DNA from: Marispirochaeta sp. | GTDB lineage: Bacteria; Spirochaetota; Spirochaetia; JC444; Marispirochaetaceae | Direction of reading: 5' to 3' | Assembly (NCBI GenBank): GCA_963676835.2 | Contig: CAXXFF010000002.1 | Location: 1,056,001 to 1,120,000 of the forward strand | Length of the DNA: 64,000 nt | Part shown: piece after piece, positions 18,836-28,240 of the stretch | Layout: each line of letters begins with the position of its first letter | How positions within the stretch are numbered: position 1 is the stretch's first letter | Translations under genes and position numbers: made by a program | Notes under the pieces: generated by a model | Database searches by the model: none | Seen by the model: only the letters and a program-made list of their open reading frames with translations | What the model was told of the DNA's origin: nothing

Positions 18836-19281
18836 TATTTTTTCCGGATGTCAATGTTCTCATAGCTCTGGCCTGGCCGAACCATTTACATCACAGTGAC
18901 GCCCACCGGTGGTTCAGCGATACCATAAATGGTACTGAAAACAGCTGGGCAACCTCACCTCTCACTCAGACAGCGTTTATACGTATATCTTCAAATCCAC
19001 GAATAATTCATGATGCGGTTCCGGTAAGGGAGGCACAGACAATTCTGGATGCATATATCCAGCATCCTGCACATGTTTTCTGGGCCGATACCCTGGATGC
19101 TTCAGTATTGGCAAAACTCCCGCCTTCAATGCTGCAGGGCCACCGTCAGGTGACAGATGCCTATTTGCTGAGTCTTGCATTTCAAAACAGTGGAGTTCTG
19201 GTGACTTTCGACAAGGCTATAGTAAATCAGGCAGTTGGAACAAAATATACTTCATCGGTTCAGCTGCTGCAGAACTCCTAA
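18832..19281 (+). CDS. vapC: VapC PIN-domain toxin
   Basis: DVNVLIAL, H.HH..A..WF, QVTDAYL, LVTFD. Confidence 0.92.
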   Translation: MIFFPDVNVLIALAWPNHLHHSDAHRWFSDTINGTENSWATSPLTQTAFIRISSNPRIIHDAVPVREAQTILDAYIQHPAHVFWADTLDASVLAKLPPSMLQGHRQVTDAYLLSLAFQNSGVLVTFDKAIVNQAVGTKYTSSVQLLQNS

Positions 19282-19362
19282 GTAAGGTTGTGGCTTTCCC
19301 TGCTCCGAAACTACCGTCTTTGATGACGCAACAGTACGGTATGAACGGATTCGACTGTCTTC

Positions 19363-20904
19363 CTATGTCACCGGCGCCGGATTAAAAATCGCCAGATCGT
19401 TCTTCAGGCCGAACTTCTCCGCCGCAGTAACCTTTCGTCCGCTGGCGGTATCCAGAAGCAGGTTGAAAAGCTCCCAGCCTATCTCTTCAATGGTGGCCTC
19501 GCCTAAAACAATGCTGCTGGAATCAAGATCAATCAAATCAAACCAGCGGTGGGAAAGGTCCCTTCTCGAAGAGACTTTCAGAACCGGTGCTGCCGGCAGG
19601 CTGTACGGGGTTCCCCGTCCGGTGGTGAATATCTGTATACTTATGCCCGAGGCAAGCTGACAGGTTCCGCAGAAAAAGTCGCTTGCAGGGGTTGCTGCAA
19701 AAACGAGACCCTTCTTTTTGATCAGTTCTCCCGGCCCGATAACATCATCGATATTCATTGAGCCCGATTTGATAACCGATCCCATGGCTTTTTCAACAAT
19801 ATTTACCAGTCCGCCGGTTTTGTTTCCCGGGGTGGTGTTGGCGCTGCGGTCCACTCCGCCTGTATGAAGGTAATTATCATACCAGTCGAGTTCGCTGATA
19901 AGCTTGTCAAAGGTCGCTTTTTCTTTGCACCGGGAGGCCAGCACCGGAGCTGCGTCCCGAACTTCCGATACTTCGCTGAATACTGCCGTAGCTCCGGCCC
20001 GTACCAGCAGGTCTACAACAAATCCGACTGCGGCATTTGCGCTGACTCCGGAGAATGCATCGCTTCCACCGCATTGTACTCCCAGTCTCAGGTCGGAGAG
20101 GGGGCACTCAACCCGTTTTCTTTTATTGAGTTTTTCCAGATGTTTTATGCCCAGTTTCACAGCGGCATCCACCATGTCCATGTAGCCCTTCAGGGATTCA
20201 TCCTGGAGTATCATGGTAGAGAGAGAGTCTCTCGGGGTTCCCGCTTTCTCTACATGAAAGGCTTCGAGATTCTTCATCTCAAGCTTTTCACAGCCAAGGC
20301 CTATCATCATAACCTCGCCCCCCAGATTGGGATTAACAGAGAGGTTTTCCACCTGGCGGATGGGGATAAACGCTGCCGGGGCGTTTATGGCAACACCGCA
20401 GCCGTAGATGTGATTCAGGCCGACGATATCATCTACATTGGGAAAGCGGCTTAGGTGCTCTTCCTTTAAAATACGGACTACATGGTTAACAATACCGGAA
20501 ACACACTGCACACTGGTGGTTATTCCCAGGATATTACGGGTGCCCACGGTACCGTCCGCATTGCGGTAACCCATGAAGGTGTAGCCTTTTAGGGGTTTGC
20601 AGGGTACCGGCGGAGGCTGTTTCCATACCAGGTCTTTCAGTGCCGGAGAAGGGGGCATTTCTACAATCTTTTCCTGAACCCAGCGGCCGGCTTCGATGGA
20701 TTCCAATGCGGTTCCAATGGCAACCCCGTAGCGGATAATTCTTTCCCCCTTCGCAATAAAGCGGAGTGAGATTTTGTGTCCCTGGGGAACATCCTCTATG
20801 AGGGTTACTCCCTCTTTTTCCAGTTTTTCACCGGCTTTCATTCCGGTACTGCCGACGGCTATGGCAACATTGTCACCGTCATTGATTTTTATAGCCTGTA
20901 TCAT
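19363..20904 (-). CDS. garD: Galactarate dehydratase (UxaA family)
   Basis: SAF domain (DNVAI..PQGHK), TTSVQCV, HIYGCG, QCGGSDAFSG, NTTPGNK.GGL, FTTGRG, FNPAPVT. Confidence 0.93.
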   Translation of the reverse strand: MIQAIKINDGDNVAIAVGSTGMKAGEKLEKEGVTLIEDVPQGHKISLRFIAKGERIIRYGVAIGTALESIEAGRWVQEKIVEMPPSPALKDLVWKQPPPVPCKPLKGYTFMGYRNADGTVGTRNILGITTSVQCVSGIVNHVVRILKEEHLSRFPNVDDIVGLNHIYGCGVAINAPAAFIPIRQVENLSVNPNLGGEVMMIGLGCEKLEMKNLEAFHVEKAGTPRDSLSTMILQDESLKGYMDMVDAAVKLGIKHLEKLNKRKRVECPLSDLRLGVQCGGSDAFSGVSANAAVGFVVDLLVRAGATAVFSEVSEVRDAAPVLASRCKEKATFDKLISELDWYDNYLHTGGVDRSANTTPGNKTGGLVNIVEKAMGSVIKSGSMNIDDVIGPGELIKKKGLVFAATPASDFFCGTCQLASGISIQIFTTGRGTPYSLPAAPVLKVSSRRDLSHRWFDLIDLDSSSIVLGEATIEEIGWELFNLLLDTASGRKVTAAEKFGLKNDLAIFNPAPVT

Positions 20905-20981
20905 GCTGATTACCCTCGATGTTTGACTTAACAGTATAGGCTTTTATGAAAATTACGTAGAGAAACTGACTTTTCTGAATA

Positions 20982-21015
20982 ATTCAACAGGGACCGATTT
21001 TCAGCCCCTGTTGAA
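20982..21015 (-). terminator. Hairpin between gudD and garD
   Basis: ATTCAACAGGG...CCCTGTTGAAT. Confidence 0.55.
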
Positions 21016-21023
21016 TATTAATC

Positions 21024-22355
21024 TTAGCGTACCAGACAGGGCTTCTTGTTGTCAAAGGTCCAGCCGGGTATCAGAAACTGCATTCCGATGGAGTCGTCCC
21101 GGGCACCGAGACCTTCCTTCATATACAGTTCATTGGCTATTTTTACCTGCTCCATATCGATGTCGATACCAAGACCGGGTTTGTCCGGGATGGCAATGTG
21201 GCCGTCTTCCATCTTCATCGGTTCTTTGGTAAGTCGGTCCATACCTTCCTGCCAGATCCAGTGGGTGTCGATTGCGGTTACCCTGCCGGGAACTGCCGCC
21301 GCCACCTGGGTAAACATTGCCAGAGAGATATCGAAGTGGTTATTGGAGTGGGATCCCCAGGTGAGCCCGAAGGAGTCACACATCTGTCCTACCCGCACAG
21401 AACCTGCCATGGTCCAGAAGTGGGGGTCTGCCAGGGGAATATCCACACTGTTCAGTGCCACCGAGTGCTGCATCTGCTGCCAGTCAGTGGCGATCATATT
21501 TGTAGCGGTGGGAAGCCAGGTGGCTTTACGGAACTCCGCAAGGGTTTCCCGTCCGGAGAGGGTTCCCTCCGCACCGCAGGGGTCTTCACAGTAGCTCAAG
21601 ATACCGTGCATATCCTTACAGAGTTCAATTGCCTCTTTCAGATACCAGGCGCCGTTGGGATCAAGGGTAATACGGGCATCGGGAAAGCGCTTTTTCAGAG
21701 CCTTGATGGCTTTGATCTCTTCTTTTCCCTCAAGTACTCCGCCCTTCAGCTTGAAGTCTTTGAAGCCGTACATCTCGCTGGATGCTTCGGCAAGATGTAC
21801 AACCGCGTCGGGGGTCAGAGCCTCTTCCCGGCGGATGCGGTACCATTCATTGCTCGAATCTTTTTCCCGTACATAAGGGAGGTCTGTTTTGTCGGGGTTT
21901 CCGATGTAAAAAAGGTAACCTAAAATCTTGACCCTGTCCCGCTGCATACCGTCTCCCAGCAGGGAGGCCACCGGTACGCCCAGGTATTTGCCTAAAAGAT
22001 CAAGAAAACATGATTCAATGGCGGTAACCACGTGGATGGTTGTGCGGAGGTCAAAAGTCTGCAGCCCCCGTCCTTCGGAATCCCGGTCACTGAAAGATTG
22101 ATGTACCCGGTTGAGCACATTCTTGTAATCACCCAGGCTTGATCCTATAACCAGTTTGCTGGCATCTTCCAGAGTTTTCCGGATGCTTTCCCCTCCGGGA
22201 ACCTCTCCAATTCCGGTTTCGCCCTTATCGGTGGTGAGAATAACTATGTTTCTGGTAAAGTAGGGCCCGTGGGCCCCACTTAAATTTAGAAGCATACTGT
22301 CTCGTCCCGCTACAGGGTAAACCTTCATGTCCGCTATAACAGGCGTTACACTCAT
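21024..22355 (-). CDS. gudD: Glucarate dehydratase
   Basis: [52 protein letters not shown]. Confidence 0.96.
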   Translation of the reverse strand: MSVTPVIADMKVYPVAGRDSMLLNLSGAHGPYFTRNIVILTTDKGETGIGEVPGGESIRKTLEDASKLVIGSSLGDYKNVLNRVHQSFSDRDSEGRGLQTFDLRTTIHVVTAIESCFLDLLGKYLGVPVASLLGDGMQRDRVKILGYLFYIGNPDKTDLPYVREKDSSNEWYRIRREEALTPDAVVHLAEASSEMYGFKDFKLKGGVLEGKEEIKAIKALKKRFPDARITLDPNGAWYLKEAIELCKDMHGILSYCEDPCGAEGTLSGRETLAEFRKATWLPTATNMIATDWQQMQHSVALNSVDIPLADPHFWTMAGSVRVGQMCDSFGLTWGSHSNNHFDISLAMFTQVAAAVPGRVTAIDTHWIWQEGMDRLTKEPMKMEDGHIAIPDKPGLGIDIDMEQVKIANELYMKEGLGARDDSIGMQFLIPGWTFDNKKPCLVR

Positions 22356-22379
22356 AATTGTATCCTTCTGATGTACTGA

Positions 22380-23270
22380 TTACGCCTTGCGGGTAACTTC
22401 AGTGTTGGCAAGCTTTTCGTAGAATTTAACGATGCTTGAGTGATCCTCAACACCGCATCCGTCCTGCTTGATAGCCTGCATAATTTCCATGGAAAGTGCT
22501 GCCAGGGGCAGTGAACAGCCAACGGCCTTGGAAGTTTCCAGCGCGTTGTTCATGTCTTTAATGTGGAGATCAATCCGGAAACCGGGTTTGAAGTTTCTGT
22601 CCATCATCATGGGTGCCTTTGCATCCATTACAGTACTTCCGGCAAGACCGCCGCGGATTGCTTCGTATACAAGCTCGGGATCAACTTCTGCTTTCTTGGC
22701 AAGAACCATAGCTTCAGAAACTGCTGCAATATTAAGAGCTACAACAATCTGGTTACACAGCTTGGTGGTGTTACCGGCACCTAATTTTCCCACATATACA
22801 ACAGAACCGGCCATGGGCTCGAGGATCTCTTTGTACTTGTCAAAAATGTCTTTCTTTCCGCCAACCATTACTGCGATGGTTCCGTCGATAGCCTTGGGCT
22901 CTCCACCGGATACAGGAGCATCAAGCATTTCCATGCCTTTCTCAGCCAGGGCTTTTCCGATTTCCTGGGAAGCCTGGGGTGCAATGGAGCTCATGTCGAT
23001 AAGAACCTTTCCGGGAGCAGCAGACTCGATCAGTCCGTTCTCTCCAAGGGCAACAGCTTTTACGTGGGGAGAGTTGGGGAGCATGGTGATGATAACATCA
23101 GTTTTTGATGCTACTTCAGCGGGGCTTGCAGCAGATTCCGCACCTGCAGCTTCCAGTTCGGCAACGGCATCCTTGTTGATGTCTGCCACGAGTACTTCAT
23201 ATCCTGCTTTAAGCAGGTTTTTGGCCATGGGGCGGCCCATAATTCCGAGTCCGACAAATCCTAATTTCAT
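22380..23270 (-). CDS. garR: 2-hydroxy-3-oxopropionate (tartronate semialdehyde) reductase
   Basis: GLGIMG, MLPNSPHV, DAPVSGGEPKA, KLCNQ, FKPGFRIDLHIKD. Confidence 0.93.
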   Translation of the reverse strand: MKLGFVGLGIMGRPMAKNLLKAGYEVLVADINKDAVAELEAAGAESAASPAEVASKTDVIITMLPNSPHVKAVALGENGLIESAAPGKVLIDMSSIAPQASQEIGKALAEKGMEMLDAPVSGGEPKAIDGTIAVMVGGKKDIFDKYKEILEPMAGSVVYVGKLGAGNTTKLCNQIVVALNIAAVSEAMVLAKKAEVDPELVYEAIRGGLAGSTVMDAKAPMMMDRNFKPGFRIDLHIKDMNNALETSKAVGCSLPLAALSMEIMQAIKQDGCGVEDHSSIVKFYEKLANTEVTRKA

Positions 23271-23323
23271 CTTCTTTCCTCTCTCAATAAGTAAATAAGT
23301 TTATATTTTCATCAGCCTGCTGA

Positions 23324-24220
23324 TTAAAGCATGCCGATCTGCACAAGAATTTTCTCCGCTTTCTTTACGGTTTCGTCACTGACGTATTTAACCGGGCGGA
23401 TGGGGTTGCCTGCTTTAACCCCGAGGATGTTCAGCATAACCTTCATCATTACCGGGAAAGTTCCCAGTCCGTAGGCATCACGCAGGGGCATCAGCCGCTT
23501 CTGGGCATCAAGAGCACCGAGGTGGTCGCCTTTCACATAGTTTTCGTAGATATCAACAACCAGACGGGGCGCTACGTTTGCGGTTCCTGCAACACTACCG
23601 GCTCCGCCGTGACAAAGGGTCGCATAGATGTAGTAGTCGATTCCGCCGAATACTGCGAACTCAGGTCTGTTGGCCGCGGCCTCGATGTATTTAATGGTGA
23701 GGCTGAAGTCCATTGAGGTGTTTTTAATTCCCAGGAAGTTGTCAATTGCCAGAAGTCTTTTCAGAAGACTTGGGGTAATGGTGTTGTTGGTTTTTCCGGG
23801 GTTGTTGTAAAGCATTACCGGAAGCTTGCAGTTATCGGTAATGGCCTTGAAGTGGTCGAAAAGTTCATCCTCAGTAGGGGTAATGAACATGGGAGTAAGT
23901 ACAGAAAGTGCATCGGCTCCTACCTCTTCGGCCATCTTTGCCAGGGCAATGGATTCCTTGGTGGTAATTGCGGAAGCTCCGGCGTATACGGGAATTTTTC
24001 CGCCTACGTGGTCAACGGTAACTTCAACCGCTTTTTTCTGATTGGCAAAGTCCAGTCCGTAGAACTCACCGTTACTTCCGTTTACGAAAACACCGTGAAC
24101 TCCACCGTCCATGACATGCTGGATAACCTGTTTCAGGCCTTCAGCATCAACATTTTCGTTTGCATCGACAGGGGTAATAATCGGGGGCACAATCCCGTGG
24201 AAAGAGATCTCTTTACTCAT
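23324..24220 (-). CDS. DapA/NAL family (class I aldolase) protein
   Basis: PIITP, GSNGEF, LYNNP, GIKN Schiff-base Lys. Confidence 0.88.
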   Translation of the reverse strand: MSKEISFHGIVPPIITPVDANENVDAEGLKQVIQHVMDGGVHGVFVNGSNGEFYGLDFANQKKAVEVTVDHVGGKIPVYAGASAITTKESIALAKMAEEVGADALSVLTPMFITPTEDELFDHFKAITDNCKLPVMLYNNPGKTNNTITPSLLKRLLAIDNFLGIKNTSMDFSLTIKYIEAAANRPEFAVFGGIDYYIYATLCHGGAGSVAGTANVAPRLVVDIYENYVKGDHLGALDAQKRLMPLRDAYGLGTFPVMMKVMLNILGVKAGNPIRPVKYVSDETVKKAEKILVQIGML

Positions 24221-24320
24221 AAATAGCTCCTTTCAGCTGACAGCTGTAGATATGAGACTAAATATGGTGATATAGCATGAAAAAAGCTATGTGTAAGAGG
24301 TATGAAAGGAATGCTGAATA

Positions 24321-24337
24321 TTATGCAGTTTGCACAA
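24321..24337. promoter_or_regulatory. Candidate CdaR binding site
   Basis: TTATGCA-gtt-TGCACAA near-palindrome upstream of the catabolic operon. Confidence 0.55.
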
Positions 24338-25483
24338 TCAGCATCTGTCCAGATAGTGAGCCAGTTCCCGTAAGAATTCCCGGTCGGACCGCCGGTCCAG
24401 GGGATCAATATTCAGCAGGGATTTCAGCTTTTTCAGCCGGAAGGTAATGGTGTTCCGGTGTACATGCAGGGCCCTGCTGGTATGCACCAGGTTGTAGTTG
24501 TTGGCTTCAAGGGATTTTATGGTTTCCACCATTACCTCCTTTTCATCCCCGGGAAACAGAGAGTGGAAGGAGGAGAAAATATCCTTGTACAGCTTAAGGG
24601 TAACCGAGTTGCGGATGTAATCCTGAATATGGTCCAGAAAGAACGTGACTTTCTCATAGTTGCCGGACTGTGGCTGGATAGCCAGCTGCTGAGCATGCAT
24701 ATAGGAGGTCCGGAACTGATCTATCCGGGCCTGAAGGCTTCCGGCAAAGTAGTTCAGATCCTTCTGTTGAGGTATCTTTTTAACCTGCTCTTCAATCTGC
24801 CATATCCAGGAAAAAAGCTGTTCCCTATAGTCCTTGACTGCCTCCGGAGTTTCCCCTTTCAGGTTCTTCAGGACAAGCACATCATCATTCCATCCCCGTA
24901 TGGCAATGTCTCCGCGTTCCAGCAGTGTTCCCTCTTTTAAGGTTTTCAGCAAGCTGCCTCGGTTCATACCGTAAGGCGAACGGATCAGAATAATGACTGT
25001 CAGAGGTGAAAAGTTAAGGCTGTAACGGTCGCAGAGTTCCAGTGCTTCATCATGACTGTACTCTTCATCAAAGAGGCTGTAATGGAGGAATTTTTCCGCC
25101 TCATCAAGGCTGTCCCGGTTTTTCGATGCCTGGATCTCGTAATCGAGCATTGTTTCCAGGGAAGATTTCACAAATCCTGCAAAGGAGTTAACATTTTCCG
25201 GATCGCCGGTAACACAGATCACTCCTATATGTTTTTCTTTATAATCAACATACATATTGATTCCCGGTTTCGCTCCGATATAGTCATCCTTCGGGGTAAC
25301 AATGCCGGAGTCCAGGGTTCCGTGGAGTAGTCCGTAGGCAACTTCATGAAAATCGCCGATACGGGAATCGTCCTTGCTGGCTATTATAATTCCGTCGTGG
25401 TTCATAATATTTACGTTATAGGGGAGGTTTTTTACGGTTTTCTGTATGAATTTCTGGGCAAACTCCGGACTCAGAATAGCCAC
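24338..25483 (-). CDS. cdaR: Sugar diacid regulator (CdaR family)
   Basis: YNVNIMN..G.IIAS.D..RIG.FHE; C-terminal LHVHRNT..FRL; GTG start. Confidence 0.9.
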   Translation of the reverse strand: MAILSPEFAQKFIQKTVKNLPYNVNIMNHDGIIIASKDDSRIGDFHEVAYGLLHGTLDSGIVTPKDDYIGAKPGINMYVDYKEKHIGVICVTGDPENVNSFAGFVKSSLETMLDYEIQASKNRDSLDEAEKFLHYSLFDEEYSHDEALELCDRYSLNFSPLTVIILIRSPYGMNRGSLLKTLKEGTLLERGDIAIRGWNDDVLVLKNLKGETPEAVKDYREQLFSWIWQIEEQVKKIPQQKDLNYFAGSLQARIDQFRTSYMHAQQLAIQPQSGNYEKVTFFLDHIQDYIRNSVTLKLYKDIFSSFHSLFPGDEKEVMVETIKSLEANNYNLVHTSRALHVHRNTITFRLKKLKSLLNIDPLDRRSDREFLRELAHYLDRC

Positions 25484-25565
25484 GGTAACTCCTTAATCGG
25501 AACTTCTCCGACAAGGTTAAAATATAGAGAATAAAAAAGGTATTGTAAAATCCTGTCGAATCCGG

Positions 25566-27683
25566 TTAAAAACCGGAATGGGCGTGAGCTGCACCGGTTA
25601 GCAGGGTTTCCACGGTGCTGCTTTCACCGGCTGATATTGTTTTCATCTCACGGTAGATTGAGTGCAGCTTATCCACAATTTCATCAAGCTCCCGTGAATT
25701 GTCATCAACTTCTCTGCTTTTATCCTGTATCAGGCCGAGAGCCTGCTGAACCTGTGTTGTGCCGGCGGTCATTTCTGACATTGTCTCCGCCAGTTCCTGA
25801 AAGCTCAGGTTGAGAATCTGAATCTTATCTATCAGTTCAGTGATCAGCCCGTTTGTTTCGCTGGACTGATTCTGGGTGGCGTTTATGTTCTGTTCAATGC
25901 TCTTCAGATCCTGGGCAATAATATGAGCGTTTTTACCTGACTCTTCAGCAAGTTTGCGGATTTCCGATGCCACAACGGCAAAGCCCAGACCAGCTTTTCC
26001 TGCATGTGCAGCTTCGATGGCGGCATTCATGGCCAGAAGATTGGTGTTGGCCGATACGGAATCTATGGTTGTATTCACCTCACGGATTTTCAGCATTCCC
26101 CTGGTTACATCTTCCACCTGGGTGAGTGTTCTCTGCATGGCTTCGGCTCCGGAGTCGCACCGCTGCTTAAGATCCTTCAGTATTTCCTGACGCTTTTGCA
26201 CGATGGAGTTGATGTTGGTAATTGAGGCAATCATTTCGTCTATAGCAGAAGAGGACTGGGATACTGCATTAACCTGTTCTTCCGAACTTGAATGGTTTTT
26301 CATTGCCAGTTCAACTACGGCCTGCATAAGCTGATTCGCCGAGAGTATTTTTTCTTCAAGCACCTGTGCGGTTTCGTGAATATTGGATTTTGCCTTTTCT
26401 ATGACAGACATTTTGTAGTGATGGCAGTTTTCCGGATTATTCAGATTATTGAAAATTGCTGTTGCCATTTTCTCGCAGCTGCCGTACCCGCAGGAGGAAC
26501 AGTTATACAGGTCTTCTTCAGTAGACTTTTCCATTTTATTATAGATCTTCCAGAGCTGTTTGCTGTCAGGTATCTTTATAGTGATCATGCTGGATTTATT
26601 CTGATAGGTACGGGTATATAACTCAGGCTTCCAGAATTTCTTTAGTATCCGGTTTACCTTTTTTGAACTTTGTTTCCTGTTTTTCCCGGAGCCATATTTA
26701 ATCTTCATCTGTTCTGCTCTCAGGCTGACAGCGTGTTCCAGAATGTCTTCAGAAGTATCTGTTGAGGATGTACCGGTACCACCATTGCAGCCTTTATCGC
26801 AATTGAGACAATCTATAATCAGGGGCTGTGCTCCCTTTTTAAGGGATTCCGGAAGTTCCTGGAAATAGCGGTATATCTGCTGAACCCCCTCTATCTTGCG
26901 GATTCTGGGGCTTAATTCCGGTATCTCCCGTTCGATGGTTTCTCTTAATCCCCCGGGGGAGGAAAAGAGTACCGCTCGCTCTGCCGGAGGGTTGGAGAAC
27001 TCAATTTCAGGGAATCTTTCCAGGGCTATGTTCTTGTTTTTTAAATAGGCTTCAATTGAGGCGAATGTTAAGTTGTAGTCGCCAGTTTTTACGGCATCAA
27101 ATTCATGCCGTTTGGCAACACATGGCGAAAGAATTACAATTTTGTGTCTGGCATATTCTGGATAAAACTGCCGGACCATCTTCATGGTATGAACCATTGG
27201 GCTGTCTGAAGGAGCAAGGTAGTCGAGAAGTTCCGGTTGATACATTTCAAGGTAATTCACAATTGCAGGGCAGGGCTGGGCAATTACCATCTTCGGACTG
27301 TTTTCTTTTATATACCGTAGATAGGAATAGACGGTGAGTTCTGCTCCGAAGCTGACATCAAAAAAAGCGGCAACGCCCAGGGAGTGCAGAAAGCCGTTCA
27401 AACGCAGAATGTTTCCCTGAAATGATGCTTCTGCTGCAGGGGCGACAATGGCGATCATTTTCTGTTTTTCAGGCTGATTGAAAATGAACTCATCCCAGTC
27501 ATCCACGGCTTTCCTCGCACCATGAGTGCAGGCCTTAATGCAGGCCCCGCAGGCAATACAGGCTTCATGGTTAATCTTTACTGAATCGCCACTGGCATCC
27601 TGACAGAGTTTTATGGGACATACAGAAATGCACTGGTGACAATTTATACATTTTGCTTCATCAACCTGAATCAATGGTCTCAT
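25566..27683 (-). CDS. Sensory [FeFe]-hydrogenase-like domain fused to a methyl-accepting chemotaxis domain
   Basis: Two 4Fe-4S motifs; AQPCPA, SPCVAKRHE, CLNCDKGCNGG; CSSCGY.SC FeS domain; [22 protein letters not shown]. Confidence 0.88.
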   Translation of the reverse strand: MRPLIQVDEAKCINCHQCISVCPIKLCQDASGDSVKINHEACIACGACIKACTHGARKAVDDWDEFIFNQPEKQKMIAIVAPAAEASFQGNILRLNGFLHSLGVAAFFDVSFGAELTVYSYLRYIKENSPKMVIAQPCPAIVNYLEMYQPELLDYLAPSDSPMVHTMKMVRQFYPEYARHKIVILSPCVAKRHEFDAVKTGDYNLTFASIEAYLKNKNIALERFPEIEFSNPPAERAVLFSSPGGLRETIEREIPELSPRIRKIEGVQQIYRYFQELPESLKKGAQPLIIDCLNCDKGCNGGTGTSSTDTSEDILEHAVSLRAEQMKIKYGSGKNRKQSSKKVNRILKKFWKPELYTRTYQNKSSMITIKIPDSKQLWKIYNKMEKSTEEDLYNCSSCGYGSCEKMATAIFNNLNNPENCHHYKMSVIEKAKSNIHETAQVLEEKILSANQLMQAVVELAMKNHSSSEEQVNAVSQSSSAIDEMIASITNINSIVQKRQEILKDLKQRCDSGAEAMQRTLTQVEDVTRGMLKIREVNTTIDSVSANTNLLAMNAAIEAAHAGKAGLGFAVVASEIRKLAEESGKNAHIIAQDLKSIEQNINATQNQSSETNGLITELIDKIQILNLSFQELAETMSEMTAGTTQVQQALGLIQDKSREVDDNSRELDEIVDKLHSIYREMKTISAGESSTVETLLTGAAHAHSGF

Positions 27684-27793
27684 TTTTTTCCCCCTACTTC
27701 CTGCTTTCGCTCTATAATCGGAAGCAATTGGATCCTGTTTTAGGAAATATTCAGCCAGTCGACCGACATGGGGCTGATTCAAGGAGAATACCA

Positions 27794-28228
27794 GTGAAAA
27801 AACTAATGATCTTTCTGTTTTATGTTCTTTTCTTATCCGCTGCCTTCAGCCAGTCAAAAGAAGAAGATATTGTCCGTCTGATGGAGATGACCGGATCTGC
27901 CGACATGGGGATGCAGATTATGCAGAACATGATTACCCAGTTCAAACAGATCCTGCCGGAAGTTCCAGTGGAGTACTGGGACCAGTTCATGGACAAGGTG
28001 AGTCCAGAAGATATGATAAAAATGGTTGTTCCCATCTATGATCGTCATCTGAGCCATGAAGAAATCAAGGACATAATTGCTTTTTATGAGACCCCTACCG
28101 GCCGAAAGCTTATCCAGCAGCTGCCTCTTATCACTGCAGAATCCATGGCTGCCGGTCAGGAATGGGGTCAGCAGCTGGGAATGGAGATTCAGAACCAGCT
28201 TATAGAAGACGGGCTGCTGAATATCTGA
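27794..28228 (+). CDS. DUF2059 family exported protein
   Basis: IYDRHLSHEEI..I.AFYETPTG.K; GTG start after AAGGAG. Confidence 0.8.
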   Translation: MKKLMIFLFYVLFLSAAFSQSKEEDIVRLMEMTGSADMGMQIMQNMITQFKQILPEVPVEYWDQFMDKVSPEDMIKMVVPIYDRHLSHEEIKDIIAFYETPTGRKLIQQLPLITAESMAAGQEWGQQLGMEIQNQLIEDGLLNI

Positions 28229-28240
28229 TCTCCTGAGGCA

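Noticed and set aside
22468..23298. 276-aa antisense ORF, and similar ones over gudD, polB, nadE and the MCPs
   Set aside because: They lie opposite well-supported genes and have no independent features.
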